62,213 bases of DNA, taken from the sequence record DRR723986_5272; one strand, given 5' to 3'. A program made the position numbers and the translations under genes. Each line of letters opens with the position of its first letter. Position 1 is the stretch's first letter. Positions 27,547 through 37,718 of the stretch are shown one piece after another. Under the pieces are notes generated by a model, which saw only the letters and a program-made list of their open reading frames with translations, did no database searches and was not told where the DNA came from.

Positions 27547-30500
27547 GTGAACCTTACCCAGAGTTCCTTGAAGAACCCGGCGGGTGTGGCGGTTGCCGTG
27601 GCAGTGATCCTGTTTTTCGGCGCGTACAGCCTGACCAAGCTGCCGGTGCAGCTGTTTCCAGACATCGAGAACCCGCGAATCAGCATCCAGACGGGATGGC
27701 GGGCTGCATCGCCCCGGGAAATTGAGTCGGAGATTGTCGAGCCGATCGAGTCCGTCCTGCGCGGCCTGCCCGGCCTTGAGGAGATGGGCGCTTTTGCCAA
27801 CGCGGGCAACGCCTGGATCGAGCTCGAGTTCGGCCTCGAAACGGACATGCAGAAAACGCTGATTGACGTGATTTCGCGCATGAACCGGCTCGACCCCCTG
27901 CCCCGGGATGCCACCCAGCCAATGATCATGCTCGGCGGTGGGGATGGCGACGCCCCCGCGCTGACATTTTTCTTCCTGCAGTTGCTGCCAGGCACAGAGG
28001 GGGACGTTTACGACTACCTTCAGTTCGTTGAGGACGTGGTACGCCCGGCCATCGAGTCGGTACCCGGAGTGGCCCGGGTCAGTGCTGCGCAGAACAATGA
28101 CCGCGCCGAGCAGGAACTGGTAATCCTCTTTGACCCCTACCGGGCCGCCCAACTGGGCGTGCCGCTGACCGACACGGCACAACGCCTGGGCCGGGCCAAC
28201 GATATAAGCGGCGGCTTTGTCGATGTCGGCCGGCGTCAGTACACCCTGCGTTTTACCGGCCGCTACGAACCGAAAGAACTGGCGGAGTTCGTGCTGGAAT
28301 GGCGGGATGGACGACCGATAAAACTCGGCGACATCGCCACTATCTCGGTTACCCGCGGTGAGCAGGTCGTGGTCAACACGCAAAATGGCAACCCGGCCAT
28401 CTCCATTCGAATCGACAAGGAATCGAGTGCCAATGCGCTGCAGGCACTTAACGCGGTGAAAGCGGTGGTCGAGGAACTGAACGCCGGGCCGGTAAAGGAG
28501 CGCGGCCTGGTCATGGCGCAATCCTTCGATGCCTCAGTGTTTATCAATCGGGCTATCGGCCTGGTAGGCGGTAACATCGTGCTCGGCATCCTGCTCGCGG
28601 TGGGCGTGCTGTGGTGGTTTCTGCGCAGGTTCCGCGCCACGCTGATCGTCGCCATCGCGATCCCGATCTCGCTGCTGGCCACCTTCGTGGTGCTGGGCCT
28701 TACCGGGCGCACCCTGAACATCATCTCCCTCGCCGGACTGGCCTTCGCGGTCGGCATGGTCCTGGATGCCGCCATCGTCGTGCTGGAGAACATCGTACGG
28801 CTGCGGGAGAAGGGCTTGAGCACTTTTGATGCATCACTGCAGGGCGCACAACAGGTATGGGGCGCGCTGCTGGCTTCAACTGCCACCACAGTAGCGATCT
28901 TTCTACCGGTGATTTTTATGCGCGAGGTGGAGGGCCAGCTGTTCGGCGACCTGGCTATTACCATCGCCATCGCCGTCGTGGTCTCCCTGCTGGTCGCCAT
29001 GACCATCCTGCCCCTGGCGGCGAGCAACTGGCTCAGCAAGGAAACCATGGCAGACCACAACATGAAACTGTGGCAGCGTATTACCGGCCTGGTGATGCGC
29101 CTGACCAGCACGCCGCGCAAGCGCTGGGCGCTGGTACTGGTACTCATGAGCACGCCGCTGGCCGCCAGTTACCTGTTGTTACCTGAAATGGACTACCTCC
29201 CGCCGGTGAAACGGGACGCGGTAGATGCCTATTTCCAGTTCCCCGCCGGGATGAGTGATAAAACCAAGTCTGAGGAACACATCAATGTGATGACCCAACG
29301 GCTGGAGCCACTGATGTCCGGCGAAAGGGAGCCCGCCCTGAAGAATTACTACATCCTCAACTGGGGCGGCGGCGGCACGATCGGCGCGCGAGTAAAAGAC
29401 CAGTCGCAGGTGAAAGCGCTGGAGAAGATCATCCGCGAGGAAGTCTTTGCCGACATGCCCGACCTGCAGACCTTCGCCGCCCAGGGCAACCTGTTCGGCG
29501 GATTCGGTGGCGATCGCAGTATTGCGATTCACCTGCAGTCCAGGGACCGGGAAGCACTCGCCGAGGTCGCAGCCCTGGGCCAGAAGTTGCTGGTCGAAGC
29601 GCTGCCTGAAACCACCATCCGGGTCAGGCCCGACCTGCAGCAGTCAGAGCCGGAAATCCAGCTCACTCCCAATGACCGCAAGATCGCCGAGGCCGGCTGG
29701 TCGCGCAATGACATTGGCACCCTGGTGCGGGCTATGGGCGACGGGCTCTACGTTGGCGAGCACTTCGACGGCGAGAAGCGCATGAACATCATCCTGCGGG
29801 CACAGACCTGGGACTCCCCCGAGCAGCTCGCGTCCCTGCCGATCGCCACCCCAACCGGCGGTGTCGTGCCCCTGTCCGAACTGGTTGATATCACGCGGAC
29901 CGTCGGGCCCAGCCAGCTGCGCCGCATCGACAGCCGGCGCACCATCTCCCTCGACCTCCGCCCGCCGGATAACGTGTCCCTCGAACACGTGCTCAATGCG
30001 ATCAAGAACGATGTGGAGCCGGCCCTGAAGGCCGCGCTACCGGCCGATGGCAACATACTCTACGGCGGCAGTGCCAACGCCCTGACCCGCGCCATCAAAT
30101 CCATGGGCGGCAACTTTGGGCTTGCGCTGGTCGTCCTGTTCCTGCTGATGGCGGCCCTTTTCCGCTCGATGAAAGACAGCCTGCTGGTGGTCATGGCGAT
30201 GCCACTGGCCATGGTCGGCGGCATCATAGCCATCCGCCTGTTGAACCTGATCACCTTCCAGCCGCTGGACCTGCTTACCATGATCGGTTTCGTGATCCTG
30301 CTCGGCCTGGTGGTGAACAACGCTATCTTGCTGGTGCACCAGACCCGCAGCGCGGAACGTGAGGGCCTGAGTCGCCACCAGGCTGTCGAGCAGGCGCTGC
30401 AAACCCGCCTGCGGCCGATCTTCATGAGCACCCTGACCAGTATCTTCGGCATGCTGCCGCTGCTGTTGATGCCTGGTTCGGGCAGCGTTATTTATCGGGG

Positions 30501-30654
30501 CCTGGCTGCCGTGATCGTCGGCGGCATGAGTGTCAGCGCAATTTTCACCCTGCTACTTTTACCCTGCTTCCTGCGCATGGGAGATATCAGCTCAGGCGTC
30601 ATCGAGGGCAGCGGAAACACACCACACAAAACGCCACTGAAGTCTGTGGCCTGA
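27547..30654 (+). CDS. RND efflux transporter permease subunit
   Basis: LPVQLFPDI, AIPIS, GMVLDAAIVVLENI, RLRPIFMSTLT; 1035 aa. Confidence 0.93.
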   Translation: MNLTQSSLKNPAGVAVAVAVILFFGAYSLTKLPVQLFPDIENPRISIQTGWRAASPREIESEIVEPIESVLRGLPGLEEMGAFANAGNAWIELEFGLETDMQKTLIDVISRMNRLDPLPRDATQPMIMLGGGDGDAPALTFFFLQLLPGTEGDVYDYLQFVEDVVRPAIESVPGVARVSAAQNNDRAEQELVILFDPYRAAQLGVPLTDTAQRLGRANDISGGFVDVGRRQYTLRFTGRYEPKELAEFVLEWRDGRPIKLGDIATISVTRGEQVVVNTQNGNPAISIRIDKESSANALQALNAVKAVVEELNAGPVKERGLVMAQSFDASVFINRAIGLVGGNIVLGILLAVGVLWWFLRRFRATLIVAIAIPISLLATFVVLGLTGRTLNIISLAGLAFAVGMVLDAAIVVLENIVRLREKGLSTFDASLQGAQQVWGALLASTATTVAIFLPVIFMREVEGQLFGDLAITIAIAVVVSLLVAMTILPLAASNWLSKETMADHNMKLWQRITGLVMRLTSTPRKRWALVLVLMSTPLAASYLLLPEMDYLPPVKRDAVDAYFQFPAGMSDKTKSEEHINVMTQRLEPLMSGEREPALKNYYILNWGGGGTIGARVKDQSQVKALEKIIREEVFADMPDLQTFAAQGNLFGGFGGDRSIAIHLQSRDREALAEVAALGQKLLVEALPETTIRVRPDLQQSEPEIQLTPNDRKIAEAGWSRNDIGTLVRAMGDGLYVGEHFDGEKRMNIILRAQTWDSPEQLASLPIATPTGGVVPLSELVDITRTVGPSQLRRIDSRRTISLDLRPPDNVSLEHVLNAIKNDVEPALKAALPADGNILYGGSANALTRAIKSMGGNFGLALVVLFLLMAALFRSMKDSLLVVMAMPLAMVGGIIAIRLLNLITFQPLDLLTMIGFVILLGLVVNNAILLVHQTRSAEREGLSRHQAVEQALQTRLRPIFMSTLTSIFGMLPLLLMPGSGSVIYRGLAAVIVGGMSVSAIFTLLLLPCFLRMGDISSGVIEGSGNTPHKTPLKSVA

Positions 30655-30674
30655 TCATAGGAGATCCAATCTGC

Positions 30675-31733
30675 ATGCGCACCGGGATGACCACTAAGGC
30701 GGGCCTGCTGAGCCTGATGTTGCTTGCCCTGCCCTCTCTCGCGCAACCGCCCGCGGTGGTGGAACTGGCTTCCGTGACCGAGTCCGCCAGCAGCTCGGTA
30801 ATCAAGCTGCCGGGCACCGTCATCAGCACCCGCGACGCGCAGATCGCGGCGGAGCTCAGTGGACGCATTACCTGGATAGCTGAAGTCGGTGAGCGTATCG
30901 AACAGGGCCAGCCGCTGGTTACCCTGGATGACCACCTGCTGCGCCTGCAGCTGGAGAATGACGAGGCGGAAATCGCCAGGATCGCTGCTGATATCGCCTA
31001 CAACAAGCGTCAGCGTGAGCGCTTGCAGCAGCTGGCGGCGCAGAACAATATGGCCCAGTCGGAGCTGGATCAAATCGAGTCCCGCCTGCTCATGCTCGAG
31101 CAGGATCTGCGCATTGCCGGCGTGAACCGGGACCGCAGCCGCTACAACCTGGGCCGCAGCGCTATCGCGGCCCCATTTAACGGCGTGGTGGTCGCTCGCG
31201 ACATGAGCCTGGGGGAGTACACCACACCCGGACAGGCCATGCTGCGGCTGGTGGATACAGAGGCCCTGGAGATTTCGGTGAGCGCCCCCCTGCGGGTCGC
31301 ACACTACAACGCGGTGGGTGCCACGCTGGAGGTGGATTCACCGGGAACCCGGGCCAGCGTCACCATTCGCAGCATCGTGCCGGTCGGTGATGCCCGCTCG
31401 CGCATGATGGAACTGCGCCTGGGCGCCGCGGCAGGCAACTGGCTGATTGGTGAGGCGGTCACGGTCGAGGTGCCGGACAGCCCGCCGGAAGTAGCGCTGA
31501 TGGTGCCGCGGGATGCGCTGGTACTGCGTGACCAGGAGGTCTTCGTCTACACCGTATCGGAAGAGAATACCGCGGTGAAGGTGCCGGTGAGCACCGGCGC
31601 CGGTCGCGGCGCCAATATTATGATCGACGCCGACCTGAAGCCGGGTGATGCGGTGGTGATACGCGGAGCGGAGCGGCTGCGTGAAGGCCAGGTGCTGAAG
31701 GTCACGCGTAACCACATCGCCCTGGGCAGGTAA
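30675..31733 (+). CDS. RND periplasmic adaptor (MFP) subunit
   Basis: SGRI...VGERIEQGQPL lipoyl motif, coiled coil, APFNGVV, VPRDAL. Confidence 0.9.
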   Translation: MRTGMTTKAGLLSLMLLALPSLAQPPAVVELASVTESASSSVIKLPGTVISTRDAQIAAELSGRITWIAEVGERIEQGQPLVTLDDHLLRLQLENDEAEIARIAADIAYNKRQRERLQQLAAQNNMAQSELDQIESRLLMLEQDLRIAGVNRDRSRYNLGRSAIAAPFNGVVVARDMSLGEYTTPGQAMLRLVDTEALEISVSAPLRVAHYNAVGATLEVDSPGTRASVTIRSIVPVGDARSRMMELRLGAAAGNWLIGEAVTVEVPDSPPEVALMVPRDALVLRDQEVFVYTVSEENTAVKVPVSTGAGRGANIMIDADLKPGDAVVIRGAERLREGQVLKVTRNHIALGR

Positions 31734-31791
31734 ACGGGCAACAGCGCCGCGCTTAGTGCGACGCCGCTCCTGTTTCCGCCGCAGCGGCCAA

Positions 31792-32754
31792 TCAGCGGAT
31801 GGCGATCGGGTTGATCACCATCTGCACGGCTCCCTCAAAGCGCGGCACGCCAAGGACAAACAGGAATTCCCGGACCCCGTCGGCAATGAGCTCGGCGGTC
31901 TGGATATTCTCGAGAATGTGCACCCCGTGCTTCGCCAGCAGTACCCCATGGCTGGGGAATACCTGCTGCGGGTCCGGATTGGGCAACACATCCAGGCCCC
32001 AGGTGTCGGCGCCGACAGCAACCACCCCCAGTCCCGCCAGGTATTCAGCGCCTTCACTGTCCAGACCCGGCTCTCCTGCCATGAACGCCGCCGGGTCGGC
32101 ACTCGCCAGGGCCTGCCAGCCAGTGTGGAAGATCACCACATCACCCTTGCCGATGGTCACGCCCTGCGCGCTGGCGGCTTCGACGATTTCCTTGCGATTG
32201 AAAGCGACTCCCGCCTGCAGCCGGTCCTCGGCCCCGAAATAGGCAACCATATCGAGCAGGACCCCGCGGGTAACAATCGGGGGAAGGGTGTGGGTTCCAT
32301 ACTTGCGCGCGCCGGCCGGCGAGAACAGCTCCGCCGCCGGGACCCCGTTGTAATAGCGATGGCCGATGCCGAAGTGGGCGAAGCCGTCGATCTGGGTGCC
32401 GATGCCGAGCCAGGTCGCGAGGTAGTCGTCGTGGGAGGTGCCCTGAGACTTCCCGAGCGGCGGCATGACCTCATCCGCATGCGGGTACATGATCATGTTG
32501 AAACTGCGGTGGCCGTAGGCCGGTGTATCGCGACCGGTGACCCCGCCCAGGGCGTAGGTTTTTCCCGTGGTCACCAGGCTCGCTGCCCGCAACACACCCT
32601 CCGGGCTGAGATTGTTCAACGCGCCCAGTGCATCCTCCGCACCGTACTGCGAGGGATACCAGTTCGCCTCCTCGGCGATGGCCTGGGTCGCGCCCAGGGC
32701 GAGCAGCAGCGCGAGGCCTGCGGGGCGCAGGCTGGGGAATTTCACTCGGTTCAT
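31792..32754 (-). CDS. Exported cyclase-family (kynurenine formamidase-like) metallohydrolase
   Basis: Signal peptide, GTQIDGFAH, TRGVLLD, GDVVIFHTGW, GADTW, ILEN, NPIAIR. Confidence 0.85.
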   Translation of the reverse strand: MNRVKFPSLRPAGLALLLALGATQAIAEEANWYPSQYGAEDALGALNNLSPEGVLRAASLVTTGKTYALGGVTGRDTPAYGHRSFNMIMYPHADEVMPPLGKSQGTSHDDYLATWLGIGTQIDGFAHFGIGHRYYNGVPAAELFSPAGARKYGTHTLPPIVTRGVLLDMVAYFGAEDRLQAGVAFNRKEIVEAASAQGVTIGKGDVVIFHTGWQALASADPAAFMAGEPGLDSEGAEYLAGLGVVAVGADTWGLDVLPNPDPQQVFPSHGVLLAKHGVHILENIQTAELIADGVREFLFVLGVPRFEGAVQMVINPIAIR

Positions 32755-32818
32755 TTCATCATCCTTTTATGCCCGGCTCGGTTAGAGACAGCCTGGCTGT
32801 TATTGGTAGGCGTAGAGT

Positions 32819-33745
32819 TTAGTATCCGCGGGCAAAATCGACCACGTGCAGCAGTTCCCGACCGTCCAGGTAGCGCTGGTAGTTATCGCAGAAAATCGAT
32901 ACCGCAGCCTCGACGGCCGTCGGCGCTGCGGTGTGCGAGGTGATGTAGAGCCGCTCGACCTGCCACAGGGGGTCATCGTCGGCCAGCGGCTCCTCGGGCA
33001 GCACATCCAGCACCGCTGCGGCCAATGACCCCTGCGCGAGCGCATGCAGCAGGTCCGGTTCCTGCACGCAATTCGCGCGCCCGGCATTGATAAAAATGGC
33101 CTGGTCCGCGAGATTGGCCAGGAGGGCGGCGTCGACCAGCCCCGAGGATGCGCCCGTATCAGGCAACAGGGCGACGAGGTAGTCCAGGCCCTCGGCGAAG
33201 GCCAGCCGGTCCGCCGAGGCAAAACAGCTGTCAAATCCGGCCACTGCCCGGCCATCGGAGTTCAGGCCACGCACGGTCAGACCAAAGGCCGCGCTGGTGC
33301 GCGCCACGTGGCTGCCGATGGATCCGGTTCCCATGATGCCGATGCTGCGCCCCACCAGGCTGCGGTCCACCCCGCCCTGCCACTGCGCCAGCGAGGCGCG
33401 CTCGATAATCCGTCGCTCAAGGGCGAGCAACCAGCCCAGCACGTACTCGCTCATCAGCGGCCCGAAAATACCCTTGACCCCGGTCAGCAGGTAATCGCGG
33501 CGGGGCGCGTTGATCAGGGGCGTGACGCCCGCCCAGGTCGACTGGATCCAGCGCACCCGCTCCAGGCGCTGCAGCACGGCAGCGATGGCGGCGGGTGGCC
33601 CGAGCACAACCTCCGCCCGGGCCAGGGCGGATTCGGGAACCGACTCCGGCGCGGCGAACAGCGGCTCGAAACCCGGCAGGTCGCGGGTAGCGAGCGACGC
33701 CTGCCAGGGGCTTCCCGGCGGGGTCAGGACGAGGACGTGGGTCAT
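32819..33745 (-). CDS. D-2-hydroxyacid dehydrogenase family protein
   Basis: QSTWAGV, GTGSIG, INAGR, LDV..EEPL, ITSHTAA. Confidence 0.88.
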   Translation of the reverse strand: MTHVLVLTPPGSPWQASLATRDLPGFEPLFAAPESVPESALARAEVVLGPPAAIAAVLQRLERVRWIQSTWAGVTPLINAPRRDYLLTGVKGIFGPLMSEYVLGWLLALERRIIERASLAQWQGGVDRSLVGRSIGIMGTGSIGSHVARTSAAFGLTVRGLNSDGRAVAGFDSCFASADRLAFAEGLDYLVALLPDTGASSGLVDAALLANLADQAIFINAGRANCVQEPDLLHALAQGSLAAAVLDVLPEEPLADDDPLWQVERLYITSHTAAPTAVEAAVSIFCDNYQRYLDGRELLHVVDFARGY

Positions 33746-33945
33746 CGATCTGGTAACTCCCATGTGCTGACAAAACGCGTAGGTCCGGGACAGCTTGCCA
33801 TAATAGTTAAACCGGCCGGACCAATCTGCAGATGCCGCGCCAGTCTGGCGCGGATATCTGTACCAGTTCTCTGGCCACAGCCGCCTCGACGGCTACCATG
33901 CGCAATAACAAAGCATCTGTCATTCCTTTTCCCGGGAGCATACCA

Positions 33946-34368
33946 GTGAGTGATATTGAGCAGAACAAGGCCTTTGTCCGCGCATTCTTCGACGCACTCA
34001 ATGCCGGGGACGTGGATCGTATTGTCGCCGCCTATACCGATGACGGCTGCGTCCAGACCATGGGCAATACCCTGATCTCGGGTATCTTCAGTCGCGACCA
34101 GATCGCGGCGTCGGCGGGTGGGATCTACGATGTGTTCCCGGAGGGGCTGAAGTTCACGATAAGCGGCATGACGGCCGAGGGTGACCGGGTGGCGGTTGAG
34201 GCCGAGAGCGAGGGTGAACACATCTCCGGTCAGACCTACAGCAACCAGTATCACTTCCTGTTCGAGCTGCGCGACGGCAAACTGCAGCACTTGAAGGAGT
34301 ACATGGACACTGAAATGGTGACCGACGTGCTCTGCAGTGGCCAGCGGCCGCCCTTCTTCGACTCCTAG
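33946..34368 (+). CDS. NTF2/SnoaL-like protein
   Basis: NKAFVRAFFDA...AEGDRVAVE...YSNQYHFLF...EYMDT; GTG start after GGGAG. Confidence 0.85.
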   Translation: MSDIEQNKAFVRAFFDALNAGDVDRIVAAYTDDGCVQTMGNTLISGIFSRDQIAASAGGIYDVFPEGLKFTISGMTAEGDRVAVEAESEGEHISGQTYSNQYHFLFELRDGKLQHLKEYMDTEMVTDVLCSGQRPPFFDS

Positions 34369-34380
34369 GCGCCAGCCGGG

Positions 34381-35265
34381 CTAGCAGCCGCCGTCGGACT
34401 CTCCCAGCAGCCAGCCCAGGGCATTCTCGAGCAACTGGCGCACCGGCGGATTGTCGTAAGCCGCGGCCTTGTGACCCAGCGCCGTGTATACCGACCTCCC
34501 CGCACCGACACAGCTGCTCCAGGCGATGGGGTGATCCTGCATCCGCAGGTCACGTTCGTGCCAGAAGAACTTCTGAACCGGGGTATACGACTCCTCATCC
34601 ACGGTGGCCAGGATAGTAAAACCGGCGGCGCGCGGGCTGCGGTCCCAGGAATACCATTCTTCCTCGTGGTCCCAAACCGCAGGGATACCGTCCATCACCG
34701 GATGCTGCTGGTTCTCGGCAATCACCGAGGCGATCTGGAACTGGGGGTCGAGGATATGGGCAGTAAACCGAGCGCCAATCAGCGTGTCGACATACCAGGG
34801 CCAGCCCTGGTGGGACCCGTCGCCGGCGGCATGAATACCGAGCCAGCCGCCCCCGCCTTCCAGCCAGTCCTGAAACACCTGCTCCTGCGCCGGGCTCAGC
34901 ATATCGCCCGTGGCATTGAGGAAGACTACCGCCTGGAACTGCGCCAGTTGCTCGTTGTTGAACACGGCGCCATTCTCGGTAAGAAACACATCCCAGCCAC
35001 GGGAGATACCAATGCTGCGCAGCACCTCGCCGCCACGGGCGATGCTCTCTTCATGACGGAACTGATTGGTCTTGCTGAACACCAGAATCGCCGGCTGGCG
35101 CAGGTCCGCCGGTAGGTAGGGAGGCCGCTCATCGTGCTGGCTGCTGGGAAACAGAACATTCCACGCCCCGACATACCAGGCGGCACCCAGTACCAGCGCT
35201 ACCAGCAGGGCAGCGAAATAGAGCAGTCTGCGAACGAGTTTCAGTAACACACTGGTGACCGACAT
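34381..35265 (-). CDS. ThuA-like domain protein (membrane-anchored)
   Basis: LVFSKT..FRHE, GGGWLGIHAA, EEWY, DHPIAW, YTALGH. Confidence 0.85.
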   Translation of the reverse strand: MSVTSVLLKLVRRLLYFAALLVALVLGAAWYVGAWNVLFPSSQHDERPPYLPADLRQPAILVFSKTNQFRHEESIARGGEVLRSIGISRGWDVFLTENGAVFNNEQLAQFQAVVFLNATGDMLSPAQEQVFQDWLEGGGGWLGIHAAGDGSHQGWPWYVDTLIGARFTAHILDPQFQIASVIAENQQHPVMDGIPAVWDHEEEWYSWDRSPRAAGFTILATVDEESYTPVQKFFWHERDLRMQDHPIAWSSCVGAGRSVYTALGHKAAAYDNPPVRQLLENALGWLLGESDGGC

Positions 35266-35424
35266 AGGCGGTGACAGGCTCCGGTGGCTTTTCGGGAATA
35301 TAGCACGAACCGGCGGAATGCCCAGTGCAGGGCTACCCCCGTCGCCGGGGAGGCCCTGTCATGCGCCATGCGCTTGCCTTACCCAGGCCAGCCTTATCAG
35401 CTCACCGGCCGGGCAAGGCAACCG

Positions 35425-36552
35425 TTATTCGGCGCCGTCGAACCAGTCTTTAAAGCCGTGGCTGGTGGACGGACCGATGTGCAGCTGCTCCAGCACCCCG
35501 TGACCCACCTTGTCGCCGCAGCGCGCGATGACCACCTGCTGGATGTGCAGGTTTTCCAGCGCCAGCGGGTCGAGATCGCTGTCCTTCCAGGTCTCACCCT
35601 CGATCCGCAGCTCCCCCTGCCACTTGCCGTGGCCCCACTCCGGGTGCTGGTAACCCAGGCCCTTGAGGCGGTGAACCAGCAGCGGTTCGAGGGTGATTTC
35701 CAGCGACTCACCGGACTTGTCGTTCATGGTGATCACACCACTGCTGGCCCGGCGGGTACCGGGGATCATGGTGAGCTTGTGGTCGACCTTGCCTTTCCAG
35801 AGGCGGGTGGCGGGATCCTCGGTACCGGGAATATCGGCCATTGAGCTGTAGATCGGCAGGAAGCCCTGGTCGGTATGCCACTGGTTGCCGGTGTCATCCT
35901 CGAACCAGCCCGCCAGGCTGCACTCGTCTTCCCAGTGGATCGGCACCCAGTTGAAGTGCACCGCCTGGAACTCGGCCAGGGGCGCGCCACCGGCGTAGGG
36001 ATCGCCGACGGGACGCAGCCCCCAGGAGCGATCCTTGAGGCCAAAGGTGGTCTCACCATCAACTTTGAGTTCCCCTGCGGGCGTGCGAATCCAACCCTCC
36101 CAGCGACCGAACTGGTCGAGGCGCGTTGCATCCATAACGATATGACGGGAGTTGCGCAGGGTCTGCCGGCCCTCTTCGATACAGGCGGTGCGCGGGGTGA
36201 ACACCAGGTCACATTCGATCCCGGTCTCATTGGGTTCAATCAACACCCGGTGGCGACCCATGGGCTCAAGAATGGTGATCGAAAACGGGCCACAGCTGAG
36301 ATCGGTGGGCTCTGCCGACGCCCGACGGGATCCGTGGAAAACGTGCTGGTGGCCATCGACCGCCAGGCTGAAGCTGCAGTCGAAGATCCCGAGATTGGCG
36401 TAGCGGCAGGCCCCTACCCCGAAGTAAAAGCTGGCATCGAGGGCGTGCGCGTTATACCAGTAGCGATCATAGACATTGCGGTCGCTAGTGGCGGCGTGAG
36501 CCACCGGCTCCGCAGTCTGGTGAACGGGGTAATCATCGAGCTTGGAAAGCAT
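35425..36552 (-). CDS. Conserved hypothetical protein (beta-rich, AttH/tocopherol cyclase-like fold suspected)
   Basis: DDYPVHQ...DRYWYN, DRSWG.RPVG, G.GY.HPEWGHG motifs; function unknown. Confidence 0.65.
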   Translation of the reverse strand: MLSKLDDYPVHQTAEPVAHAATSDRNVYDRYWYNAHALDASFYFGVGACRYANLGIFDCSFSLAVDGHQHVFHGSRRASAEPTDLSCGPFSITILEPMGRHRVLIEPNETGIECDLVFTPRTACIEEGRQTLRNSRHIVMDATRLDQFGRWEGWIRTPAGELKVDGETTFGLKDRSWGLRPVGDPYAGGAPLAEFQAVHFNWVPIHWEDECSLAGWFEDDTGNQWHTDQGFLPIYSSMADIPGTEDPATRLWKGKVDHKLTMIPGTRRASSGVITMNDKSGESLEITLEPLLVHRLKGLGYQHPEWGHGKWQGELRIEGETWKDSDLDPLALENLHIQQVVIARCGDKVGHGVLEQLHIGPSTSHGFKDWFDGAE

Positions 36553-36712
36553 GGCCTGGCTCCTGGGTAAGGTCGGGGGACAGCATGGACCACCACCTGG
36601 CTCGCAACAAGCCGCCGGAGCGCATCACTGTACAGTCGTATAGCAAATCAAACCTGCCATGCACGGTGGCACAAGCCCGGCTAAACTGCCTGCAGCACCA
36701 AGGAGACCGCTC

Positions 36713-37684
36713 ATGCTGAAAAACCTGCTCACCAGTTGCCTGATACTGTTCACCCTGGCCGGCGTCGCCGAGGAGGACGCCGGGGTCGAAAACCGGGGCT
36801 CAGACACGGCGCGTTGGTGGGACCAGCTCCCGCGTCCCGAGTGGGCAGCCTTCGAACGGCTCGATGACGGCAGTGGCTGGTTCGAGATTTACCGTGTCCA
36901 GCCGCACATCATCGCCCTGTACGAGCCGGGCCAGTTTGAGGAGGTCATTTCCTTTCTCATCCTGGGCAGCGAACGCGCACTCCTGTTCGATACCGGACTG
37001 GGGATCGGCGACATCCGCGCCGAGGTCGAGAAACTCACCACCCTGGACGTGGTGGTGTTGAACTCCCATACCCACTACGACCACGTCGGCGGCAATTACC
37101 AGTTCGAGGTGCTCTGGGGCCGGGATACGCCCTTTTCACAGGCGCGCACGGCGGGAGTGGGCCCCGAGGCGATGGCCGAAGCCGTCTCCGCGGGCTGGGT
37201 CTGGAAGCCGTTCCCCGAGGACTTCGAGCCCGCAAGCTACCGCAGCCGACCCTGGCAATTCGACCGCTACGTCGATGAGGGCATGCAGATCGACCTCGGC
37301 GGCATCAGTCTGGAAGTGCTTTACACCCCGGGCCATGCGCCCGACTGCATCAGCCTGCTGGACCGCCACAACCGCATGCTGTTAACCGGGGATACCTTCT
37401 ATCTGGCCGCCCTGTACAGCCACATCGAGGGCAGTGACCTGGCGGACTACGTGGCCACCGCCGAGCGCCTGGCAGCGCTGGCCCCACTGGTGGACACCCT
37501 GGTGACCTCACACAATGTGCCGCTGGTGGATGGCCAGTACCTCGAGCGCCTGCAAGCAGCGATGCGCGCGGTGGTGGCAGGCAGCCAGGACTACACGGTA
37601 GTGGACGGGGCCAGGGAATATGACTTCGGCAGCTTTTCAGTGCTGACCAGCGATCCACTGCCAGCGAACGTGCAACAGCCCTAG
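36713..37684 (+). CDS. Exported MBL-fold metallo-hydrolase
   Basis: Signal peptide, SHTHYDHVGG, TPGH, TGDTFY, SHN; AGGAG RBS. Confidence 0.88.
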   Translation: MLKNLLTSCLILFTLAGVAEEDAGVENRGSDTARWWDQLPRPEWAAFERLDDGSGWFEIYRVQPHIIALYEPGQFEEVISFLILGSERALLFDTGLGIGDIRAEVEKLTTLDVVVLNSHTHYDHVGGNYQFEVLWGRDTPFSQARTAGVGPEAMAEAVSAGWVWKPFPEDFEPASYRSRPWQFDRYVDEGMQIDLGGISLEVLYTPGHAPDCISLLDRHNRMLLTGDTFYLAALYSHIEGSDLADYVATAERLAALAPLVDTLVTSHNVPLVDGQYLERLQAAMRAVVAGSQDYTVVDGAREYDFGSFSVLTSDPLPANVQQP

Positions 37685-37718
37685 CACGCCCACGACAGAG
37701 CCGGAGCCCCGGCGCAGC

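Noticed and set aside
36628-36643. Possible LexA (SOS) box CTGT-N8-ATAG
   Set aside because: The invariant CAG is broken and the flanking genes are not SOS-type; it fits better with the 41287 palindrome
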